This document shows positions 1 through 6,607 of a DNA stretch of 33,744 bases, one piece after another. Source of the DNA: an uncultured Clostridia bacterium (GTDB lineage Bacteria; Bacillota; Clostridia; RUG12999); the NCBI GenBank assembly GCA_949739095.1, contig CATIYX010000190.1, forward strand, positions 1 through 33,744, given 5' to 3'. Within the stretch, counting starts at the first letter, position 1, and each line of letters starts with the position of its first letter. The notes below the pieces were generated by a model. That model worked only from the letters and a program-made list of their open reading frames with translations. It made no database searches and was not told where the DNA came from. The position numbers and the translations under genes are program-made.

Positions 1-93
1 CCATAATAAATGATGTAATTGAAGTAAAAAAGGGCGTGTATTTGCACAAAACTTAAACAAATACAGTTAAGAGCAACAAAGAACACGCCGAGT
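1..93. repeat. Direct repeat copy A (may extend left of the window); partner at 2784..2876
   Basis: Hand alignment gives 84/93 identical positions with 2784..2876 in the same orientation (59/61 over the first 61 nt). Copy-to-copy distance is 2783 bp. Confidence 0.85.
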
Positions 94-205
94 TCGAGTG
101 ATGAAATGGGATTTTGGTGGGAGTGTTTGAGCGTGTATCCGACGAAAAAGGTGGGTAAGGTTACATTTGGAACAGAACTAAAAACTATGATTTTAAAGGA
201 GAATA

Positions 206-628
206 ATGATGAGTATAAGTGATATGTATAATGTTTATTTACAACAAACAAATGATAGTAGCAATAATGGATATGATGACCATACTGATTATGGAAGAGA
301 TTATGATGACCATTCTGATTGGTGTAGAGATAACCATAGTGATTGGGGAAGAGATTATGATGATTACTCTGACTGGTGTAGAGATTCAGGAAGGGATTAT
401 GATGACCATTCTGACTGGAGTAGAGACTCCCATTCTGATTGGGGATATGGAGATGACCATGATGATTCACATGATGACTATGATGATGAATCACATACAG
501 ATGAAAGCCATGATGACTACGATGACGAATCACATACAGATGAAAAACATGATGATAGTCATGATGATTATGATGATGAGTCACATGATGATGAGTCACA
601 TACGGATTATCATAATGATAGCTATTAA
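206..628 (+). CDS. Acidic His/Tyr/Trp-rich tandem-repeat peptide (140 aa); candidate RiPP precursor
   Basis: AGGAG lies 4-7 nt upstream of ATGATG. A 22-aa ordinary N-terminus is followed by 118 aa using only D,H,Y,S,W,G,R,E,T,C,N,K. Repeats are GRDYDDHSDW(C/S)RD and SHDDYDDESHTDE. The stop is 18 nt before the rSAM gene start. Confidence 0.7.
   Translation: MMSISDMYNVYLQQTNDSSNNGYDDHTDYGRDYDDHSDWCRDNHSDWGRDYDDYSDWCRDSGRDYDDHSDWSRDSHSDWGYGDDHDDSHDDYDDESHTDESHDDYDDESHTDEKHDDSHDDYDDESHDDESHTDYHNDSY
290..607 (+). repeat. In-frame tandem coding repeats inside the precursor gene
   Basis: A Trp/Arg module (about 3 copies of gattatgatgaccattctga(t/c)tgg(t/a)gtagaga-like units) is followed by about 3 copies of a 39-nt unit encoding HDDYDDESHTDE(S/K). 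Confidence 0.8.
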
Positions 629-646
629 TATTTAGGAGAAGTCGGT

Positions 647-1801
647 ATGGGATTGAATTTAAAGAAAATTAACTTACTTGTTATGCCTACGGATATTTGT
701 AACATGAATTGTATATATTGTTTTCACTCTGCTCATCATGAAAAAAGAGGAAAAATGAGTTTTGAAACATTAAAAAGGTTGTATGATATAACATGTTCTG
801 AGTATTCTGAAGTTACTATTATATGGCATGGCGGAGAACCACTGGTAATGGGGCTTGATTTCTATAGTAAAGCAATAGAAATGCAGAAGGATTATAAGGT
901 TATCATAAGAAATCGCATGCAAAGTAATTTGACATTATTATCAGATGATCTGTCTAAATTTCTCTGCAACAATAATATTGGGATAGGAACATCGTTTGAT
1001 GGTTGTACAAATGATTTAACAAGAGGATTTTCTCAAGAAATTCTTGAAGGAAGAAATAAAATTTTAAAAAATGGAAAACAGTGCGGGTTTATAATGGTTG
1101 TTTCAAATAAAAATATTGATAATCTTATTGAAAGTTATCATTTTTTTAAACGTATATGTGCCAATTATACAATTAATATGTATGTTTCCGATGGAAATCA
1201 AAAGGACGATATATTGAAACTAAATCCCAGACAAACAATAGAAAGGATTAAAGAACTATTTGACTATTGGATTTATGATAAAGAGTGTAATATACATATT
1301 GATTATTTTGAAAGGATTATAAATTTTTTGATTACAGGCGAAAAGAGCGTATGTAAATATAATTCTTGTTTGGGGAAATGGGTAGGAATAAGATATAATG
1401 GAGATATTGTACCTTGTAATAGATACTTTCCAGACAAGTATTGTTATGGAAATGTATGGGATTATAATAATTTATCTTCTGCCTTTGAGAGTAATGGTTT
1501 TGAAAAATTATTATTGGATGCTATTACAAGACGCGAAAAGTGCAAACAATGTATTGCTTTTCCTCTTTGTTCGGGAGGATGTAATAATGTGGCTCTTAAT
1601 GAAAATGGTGTTGATGAAAATGGTGGAGATAGTTGTGTGATTTTTAAGGAAATATATAAATATGTTATAGAAAAATCTATTAAGTGTATGAGACTAATCA
1701 AGGAAGATAATAAATATAATCCAATTTTTATTTCTATAATAAAGAAAAGAAATAAATTGGGAAAAGATTTTCATTATGATGTTTATTTAAATATACAGTA
1801 G
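647..1801 (+). CDS. Radical SAM enzyme with C-terminal SPASM domain (probable peptide-modifying maturase)
   Basis: Own RBS (AGGAGAAG). C18-x3-C22-x2-C25 (DICNMNCIYC) and GGEPL are present. SPASM pattern: NGDIVPC (G-x4-C), CKQCIAFPLCSGGC (C-x2-C-x5-C-x3-C), plus a further Cys (DSC). There are 9 Cys in the C-terminal domain. Confidence 0.85.
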   Translation: MGLNLKKINLLVMPTDICNMNCIYCFHSAHHEKRGKMSFETLKRLYDITCSEYSEVTIIWHGGEPLVMGLDFYSKAIEMQKDYKVIIRNRMQSNLTLLSDDLSKFLCNNNIGIGTSFDGCTNDLTRGFSQEILEGRNKILKNGKQCGFIMVVSNKNIDNLIESYHFFKRICANYTINMYVSDGNQKDDILKLNPRQTIERIKELFDYWIYDKECNIHIDYFERIINFLITGEKSVCKYNSCLGKWVGIRYNGDIVPCNRYFPDKYCYGNVWDYNNLSSAFESNGFEKLLLDAITRREKCKQCIAFPLCSGGCNNVALNENGVDENGGDSCVIFKEIYKYVIEKSIKCMRLIKEDNKYNPIFISIIKKRNKLGKDFHYDVYLNIQ

Positions 1802-1930
1802 CGGTAAATATTGTGATTATATACAATGTGATATAGTTGAAAATATAAAAGAAATTAGTGTTAGCCCCCAAATGGGTTGACGGTTATTTTCTGTAGTCCA
1901 TGTGTTAATAATGGTATTTTTATATTAAGG

Positions 1931-1959
1931 TTGACAAAACTAATAAAATCTGATATTAT
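1931..1959 (+). promoter_or_regulatory. Near-consensus sigma-A type promoter for the 1990 gene
   Basis: TTGACA (1931-1936), 17-nt spacer, TATTAT (1954-1959). A GGAGG RBS and ATG at 1990 follow. Confidence 0.7.
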
Positions 1960-1989
1960 CTAATAAAATTAAATAATGGAGGCTGAGAT

Positions 1990-2229
1990 ATGGCGAAAAT
2001 GACAGATAAGCATAAAATGATGGCATATATTTTGAATAAAGAAATGGGCTATACACAGGCTGCAATTGCCCAATTGATGAAAGTGTCGCAATCTACAGTT
2101 GCGAATATGTGTAAAGAGGTTGCTTTTCGGGTTACAATTAGTAATTTGGAAAAGGAGTTACAGGAGGCAAGAAGATTTATTCAGGAAAAGGGATTACTTC
2201 CTTCTGAACCACAGTTATATTTAGAATAA
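1990..2229 (+). CDS. Small helix-turn-helix DNA-binding protein (79 aa)
   Basis: GGAGG RBS 8 nt upstream. HTH-like segment GYTQAAIAQLMKVSQSTVANMCKEV. Consensus promoter immediately upstream. Confidence 0.6.
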   Translation: MAKMTDKHKMMAYILNKEMGYTQAAIAQLMKVSQSTVANMCKEVAFRVTISNLEKELQEARRFIQEKGLLPSEPQLYLE

Positions 2230-2253
2230 AAGGCTATTATTTATAGTTAAATA

Positions 2254-2294
2254 GCAGGTGTTATCATTAGAGATAACAAAATGATAGCACTTGC
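2254..2294 (+). other. Strand-specific RNA hairpin (15-bp stem, 11-nt loop) downstream of the HTH gene; no U-tract
   Basis: gcaggtgttatcatt (2254-2268) pairs with aatgatagcacttgc (2280-2294). There are 13 Watson-Crick pairs plus 2 G.U pairs that exist only in the + strand transcript. An alternative inner hairpin is tgttatc/gataaca (2259-2265/2272-2278). Confidence 0.35.
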
Positions 2295-2502
2295 TCATGT
2301 GGGTAGAATAATATGGATATATCAAATGTATTTAAAAGATTTATATGTTAGGAAATGATTTTTAATACAATTAGTTAATGCTTGATAAGTCCGTATTATT
2401 ATGATTTGAACACAATAAGTATTGCTAATAATGACAGAGAGCATATCGATGCTGATAAATATTTGATAATGTGATAAAGAAATTTTAACGGAGGTATTTG
2501 TT

Positions 2503-2730
2503 ATGGGGAAAAAGAAAAATAGCATTGTTCTATCAACAGCTAGTAATGTGTCGTTAGCTGATCAACTTCTTTCTGGCGAACGCAAAGGGATATTTGAACA
2601 AGGTTATGATAAACTTGGTCGACCTTTTCAAAAGAAACTTGACGATAAAGGGTTTTATACAAAAGAAGAAATTTTAAAAGACGGGACTCCTAAGCTTACA
2701 ATAAAGAAAATAAAATCGAAAAAGGGATAG
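2503..2730 (+). CDS. Small Lys-rich hypothetical protein (75 aa)
   Basis: GGAGG RBS 7-8 nt upstream of ATG. No recognisable motif. Confidence 0.45.
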   Translation: MGKKKNSIVLSTASNVSLADQLLSGERKGIFEQGYDKLGRPFQKKLDDKGFYTKEEILKDGTPKLTIKKIKSKKG

Positions 2731-2783
2731 TGAGTTATTCTAATAAATGCGTGGCAACATTTTGGCAACAGAAAATCAGCAAG

Positions 2784-2876
2784 CCATAATAAATGTTGTA
2801 ATTGAAGTAAAAAAGGGCGTGTATTTGCATAAAACTTAAACAAAAATAGTTAATAGAAACGAAGAGTACGCCGAGT
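2784..2876. repeat. Direct repeat copy B; partner at 1..93
   Basis: See copy A: 84/93 identity. Weak homology with an indel may continue about 10 nt further. Confidence 0.85.
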
Positions 2877-2899
2877 GAGGATCATCAAAAAATTATTTG

Positions 2900-2940
2900 A
2901 ACTGCCCCAATTTGTACAGAAAGTATAAATTGGGGCAGTT
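2900..2940 (-). terminator. Rho-independent terminator for the minus-strand sigma-like gene (perfect 14-bp stem)
   Basis: aactgccccaattt (2900-2913) pairs with aaattggggcagtt (2927-2940), with a 13-nt loop. On the minus strand the hairpin is followed by caaataaTTTTTT. Confidence 0.7.
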
Positions 2941-2962
2941 CATCTGTCTAAGTAAATTTTCT

Positions 2963-3511
2963 TTAATTTTCTTGCAAAATATCTTGAAGCGCTGTTTGAA
3001 GTTCTTTCCGTAATAGCTTCATTCTTGTTTGTGACAGATGCAGAATATCCATAATCTCTTCAAAATCATATCCTTGTTTGATTAACAGATACATGTCGTT
3101 TGCAGTGGCTGAAACCTGATGGGAGACGGCTACGTTCATATCAACATCATCCAGTGCACGTATTGCTTTTGGGTCATCAAAGATATCGTAGGATGAGCCA
3201 TCAACGGTTCGCTGTTCTAAGGAATATATCTCTTGATAGGCAGCAGCATATTGTTTGATACTACTTTCCAAATGATTTTTAACAAAGTTGGTGGAGAATA
3301 TCCTGAATTTGTGTAAGTTTGGCTTATATTGCAGCACTGCCTGCAAAAAACCTTTCTGAGCAATCCCAAGACGGTCTTCTTTGGGAATTGTTCTAGCATA
3401 TTTTCGGTATAGATTCAGCAGTTCACCATGATATATGCGTAAGTTTTTGCATGGAGTCGCAGGAACGCACTGAGAAGCTATCTGTTTTGGAAGCGTTTTG
3501 AATATCTGCAA
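2963..3511 (-). CDS. Small sigma-70-family RNA polymerase sigma factor-like protein (182 aa if the TTG start is used)
   Basis: Region-2-like segment LNLYRKYARTIPKEDRLGIAQKGFLQAVLQY. C-terminal region-4-like HTH is GYDFEEIMDILHLSQTRMKLLRKELQTAL. The only in-frame start is TTG at 3511, with a weak RBS, and it overlaps the upstream ORF by 89 nt. Confidence 0.55.
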   Translation of the reverse strand: MQIFKTLPKQIASQCVPATPCKNLRIYHGELLNLYRKYARTIPKEDRLGIAQKGFLQAVLQYKPNLHKFRIFSTNFVKNHLESSIKQYAAAYQEIYSLEQRTVDGSSYDIFDDPKAIRALDDVDMNVAVSHQVSATANDMYLLIKQGYDFEEIMDILHLSQTRMKLLRKELQTALQDILQEN

Positions 3512-3860
3512 TCAGGTTGTTTTCCGCTTCGTTTATCAAAACTGCAGTCCATATATTGGATTTTGCGTCATAGCGGTTCAATTCAAAGATACAGGGAAAT
3601 GGGATGCCACATTCATACATGCTGGTTGTTAAGGCGGCATTTGACTTTCGGCGGGCAGTAGATATTTCGTCTTTCAATGTACTTTTGCATACATAGAGTT
3701 CCAGACAATTTTTTGCTGCCGCAAGTCCCAAGTTGATATATTGGGGTAATGTCTGTTTGGCAGCATCGCTAAAGTAAAATTTTCCATCATCGTCAAAATA
3801 AATTTCTGATTTCTTAGAATTTACTCCATTTTTAAACCAGATGATAGTTGCATTTTTCAT
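3423..3860 (-). CDS. Hypothetical protein (145 aa from the ATG at 3860)
   Basis: AAGAGG RBS 6 nt upstream of the internal ATG (M12 of the track ORF, which begins at a TTG). No motif recognised. Confidence 0.5.
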   Translation of the reverse strand: MKNATIIWFKNGVNSKKSEIYFDDDGKFYFSDAAKQTLPQYINLGLAAAKNCLELYVCKSTLKDEISTARRKSNAALTTSMYECGIPFPCIFELNRYDAKSNIWTAVLINEAENNLIADIQNASKTDSFSVRSCDSMQKLTHISW

Positions 3861-3920
3861 ATTGTGCCTCTTATAGTTTTGTATATTTTTCAAGGATACT
3901 ATATCACATTATGGAAGGAA

Positions 3921-3950
3921 AGTATAATGAATATGACTGTCATGTCATAT
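3921..3950 (-). promoter_or_regulatory. Candidate promoter with overlapping palindromic operator for the minus-strand gene pair
   Basis: On the minus strand: ATGACA (3948..3943), 16-nt spacer, TATACT (3926..3921). Perfect inverted repeat atatgac-N6-gtcatat at 3931..3950. Confidence 0.3.
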
Positions 3951-4094
3951 TAGACAAAAAATAATAGAACGATTGATTTCATACATCCCATTTTAGGTAA
4001 TATTTTCTCGTAAAACATTTCCTAAGATGCCAAATAATATGTAAGAAAAAGCGGATAGTGTTAAATAGTGCAGGTATGGTTTAAAAATTGATAC

Positions 4095-4123
4095 TTGGCA
4101 CAGAAAGGCGGTTGGAGTACAAT
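4095..4123 (+). promoter_or_regulatory. Candidate promoter of the AraC-type regulator
   Basis: TTGGCA (4095-4100), 17-nt spacer, TACAAT (4118-4123). Confidence 0.35.
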
Positions 4124-4191
4124 AGAATAGGGATATGTATAAGTGATGGTGAGCGTATGGGACAAGGAATTTGGTAGAAGAGGATATATTT

Positions 4192-6372
4192 ATGAAGAGA
4201 AACAGTAAAAAGATAGGTCTTATGTATATATGGATGCTTACTTATATGTGTGCAATGTTGGTGCCAGTTTGTGTTAATTTTATTTCATATAGTAACTTTT
4301 CTACAAAATTTGAGCAGGAAATTCAAAGCTATAATAATTTGTTGACAGAAAAAGTGCGAAGTGAATTTGACGAGCGGATTACCAATTATGTTCATTTTAT
4401 CTTTGCACTGGAAGAGGATGCGAGATTTCGTACCATTGCAGCATATCCGGAAAATATGAATAATAGTCAGTGGGCGGAAGTGAATGATTTTGTGCATGAC
4501 AGATTACGGCAATATGCAGGGCAAATTCCGCAGGATTTTAATATTATTTTAAAAAAATCAGGATTGGTGTTGAAAACGAATTATATTTCCAGCGGGAAAG
4601 TGGCATACCAAGTATGGGGAATGCCTTATGCAAAAACATACTCTGAGTGGATTGCAAAAGTAAACGGCAAATATAAATATGATTTCCAGCTTGATGAGGA
4701 ATATCGTTTTGTCTGCTGCCATACACTGTTTCCCGGAACCGAGTATGAAGTGACGCTTATTGCCACATTGGCGGATAAAGATATTTTGGATTTTGAAAAG
4801 AGTTTTAGCATGGAACAGGGACGTTCTTTGGCAATCTGCGCACGGAGCGAAAAGACAAAAATCGTTTTGGATGGCACAGAGTTGGAATTAAATTTCATGG
4901 AAAACAACAATGTTTCTGGTCATATTGTGCTTCAAAATGCAGATAGGTCAAAATATATTGCAATGTATGCAAAAAGTGCAATTATGGATTTAAACTATGT
5001 TATCATTACAGAAGATACTTTCTTTTACCAAGTGCAACAGCAGATGCGCAATGTTTGGCTGCTGACGATTCTTGCGAGTGTGATAGTTGGCATTGTATTT
5101 GCGATATTGTTTTCCTATTATAATTATGCACCACTACGCAAAATTGTAAAAATGTTTGGAAAACCCAAAGGAAAAAATGAGTATCAATATATCGAAACAC
5201 TGTTGCACCAGATGCAGTATTCACAGGCAAAATCAAAAAACGAAAGGCTGCTTGCGGAATATTTGGTGAGGTCTACCTATACGTCATATATGGAAGAACA
5301 GCTTAAAACAAACTATGGGATTGATGATGAAACCGATTTAATGGTTACCGTTATCTTTTTTCAGGATATTACCAAGTTTATATCAGAGGGGAATGTGGAA
5401 CGCGATTTTGAAGCGATGTGTTTTGCTGTGGAAAATGTGTTTAGCGAAATGATGACACAAGATGGTTGCAGAGTGAATATGACGTCAACAAAAGGCGCTG
5501 TTAATGCCGTGATTTGTGTAGAAGATAAAAAGCTGGTGCATGAACGGTTGGAACAGTTTGTAGAATTTTTGGAAGAACAGCTTCATATTTCGTGTTTTGT
5601 TGTATGTGGAGAATGTCTCAAAGGCGGAAAAAATATTTCGGAGTCCTACCGGCAGGCAATGGGGGTGTTGGATTATATGCTTTTTGTGGATGACAGCGAT
5701 GCTATTGGCATATATGATGTAAAAGAATCTGCATTATATGAAAAATATACGAAAAAAGTGGAACAGAAGATTTTGTTAGCGGTGATTGAAAATGAGCCTG
5801 AAAAGGTGAAGCTAGCGATTGATGAACTGTTCCGCTGTGGTCCTGCCAAACCTAAGCTATCAGAAGTGCAAATGATTCTAAAAACCATCACAGAAGCAAT
5901 TATTGCGAAGCTAAAAGAGCAGGAAAAAAACAGGAAGGTTGATTTTGGTGAATTGCAGGAAGGGATGAGAAGCAGTTCACTAGAGGAATATTATGAACAT
6001 TTGACAGAGTTTATGGATATGCATTACGAAAACGAAGAACATACGCAAGAGAAAAACTTTTTCAGACAAATTCAAGACTATGTAGATCAGAATATTTCCG
6101 ACCCGAATTTGACAAATGGCAAAATTGCAGAGAATTTTAACATCAGCGAGGTCTATTTGTCGCGGTATTTTAAAAGCAATTATTCTGATGGTCTGTTGAA
6201 TTATATCACCAAGAGTCGTGTGGAAATTGCAAAAAAGATTTTAAGAACGACAGAAAAGACAGTAAATGAAATTGCGGAAGAAGCAGGATTTGCAAACAGC
6301 CTGGCATTGCTTCGGGCGTTTAAAAAACATGAAGGCGTCACACCGACACAATTCAGAGAACTGCATAAATAA
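4192..6372 (+). CDS. Transmembrane AraC-family transcriptional regulator (one-component sensor)
   Basis: AGAGGA RBS 7 nt before ATG 4192. N-terminal TM segment (IGLMYIWMLTYMCAMLVPVCVNFI), about 260-aa extracytoplasmic region, second TM (VWLLTILASVIVGIVFAILFSYY). C-terminal AraC double HTH (ISEVYLSRYFKSNYSDGLLNYITKSRVEIAKKIL...NEIAEEAGFANSLALLRAFKKHEGVTPTQFRE). Confidence 0.8.
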   Translation: MKRNSKKIGLMYIWMLTYMCAMLVPVCVNFISYSNFSTKFEQEIQSYNNLLTEKVRSEFDERITNYVHFIFALEEDARFRTIAAYPENMNNSQWAEVNDFVHDRLRQYAGQIPQDFNIILKKSGLVLKTNYISSGKVAYQVWGMPYAKTYSEWIAKVNGKYKYDFQLDEEYRFVCCHTLFPGTEYEVTLIATLADKDILDFEKSFSMEQGRSLAICARSEKTKIVLDGTELELNFMENNNVSGHIVLQNADRSKYIAMYAKSAIMDLNYVIITEDTFFYQVQQQMRNVWLLTILASVIVGIVFAILFSYYNYAPLRKIVKMFGKPKGKNEYQYIETLLHQMQYSQAKSKNERLLAEYLVRSTYTSYMEEQLKTNYGIDDETDLMVTVIFFQDITKFISEGNVERDFEAMCFAVENVFSEMMTQDGCRVNMTSTKGAVNAVICVEDKKLVHERLEQFVEFLEEQLHISCFVVCGECLKGGKNISESYRQAMGVLDYMLFVDDSDAIGIYDVKESALYEKYTKKVEQKILLAVIENEPEKVKLAIDELFRCGPAKPKLSEVQMILKTITEAIIAKLKEQEKNRKVDFGELQEGMRSSSLEEYYEHLTEFMDMHYENEEHTQEKNFFRQIQDYVDQNISDPNLTNGKIAENFNISEVYLSRYFKSNYSDGLLNYITKSRVEIAKKILRTTEKTVNEIAEEAGFANSLALLRAFKKHEGVTPTQFRELHK

Positions 6373-6402
6373 CAGTAAATATACGCGTGAATAGAATCAT
6401 AG

Positions 6403-6458
6403 AAAGAAAGGACTGCATGTTTTCCAACCAAAATGGACATGCGGTCCTTTCTTTTATA
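6403..6458 (+). terminator. Rho-independent terminator after the AraC-type gene
   Basis: 18-bp stem: aaagaaaggactgcatgt (6403-6420) pairs with acatgcggtcctttcttt (6437-6454), with one G.U pair. The U-rich tail is cuuucuuuua. Confidence 0.8.
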
Positions 6459-6577
6459 AGATGAGTAAAAACGAATATCATGTTTAAATATTCCAAATAT
6501 AAAATTCCATAAATCCGCATTTTTCCTGATATTTAGTAAAAGGTTAAATATTGATAGCGCGGGTTAAGGATTGTCAG

Positions 6578-6607
6578 TTGACGGAAAGGGAGAAGTGGAT
6601 TTATACT
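6578..6607 (+). promoter_or_regulatory. Candidate promoter of the first glycan-utilisation operon
   Basis: TTGACG (6578-6583), 18-nt spacer, TATACT (6602-6607), 57 nt upstream of ATG 6664. Direct ATTCCA repeats at 6490-6495 and 6504-6509 lie upstream. Confidence 0.4.

Noticed and set aside
206-628. Tandem nucleotide repeats as a CRISPR array or non-coding minisatellite
   Set aside because: The repeats are contiguous with no spacers, in-frame, diverged mainly at synonymous positions, and preceded by a good RBS and ATG. They are coding repeats.
219-635. 138-aa Met/Ile/Thr-rich ORF overlapping the repeat-peptide gene in another frame
   Set aside because: It is a shadow frame of the GAT/GAC/CAT-rich repeats (gat gat reads as atg atg). 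It has no RBS, whereas the 206 frame has AGGAG at proper spacing and is followed by the coupled rSAM gene.
647-1801. Reading the rSAM/SPASM enzyme as an anaerobic sulfatase-maturating enzyme serving a sulfated-glycan locus
   Set aside because: anSMEs have the same overall architecture, so this cannot be excluded without profile searches. However, no sulfatase gene and no C/S-x-P/A-x-R substrate motif are visible in the window. The gene is separated from the glycan operons by about 5 kb and opposite-strand genes, it is compositionally foreign, and it is tightly coupled to the repeat peptide.
2322-2843. Minus-strand ORFs 2322..2525 and 2655..2843
   Set aside because: They lie in AT-rich intergenic sequence or antisense to the 2503 ORF and the direct repeat. 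They have no RBS and low-complexity Ile/Phe/Leu-rich translations.
1-4000. Calling the left 4 kb a prophage, IS or integrative element
   Set aside because: No integrase, transposase, recombinase, terminal inverted repeats or phage structural genes are visible. Only direct repeats and compositional deviation support mobility, so I report it as an accessory islet and not as a mobile_element feature.
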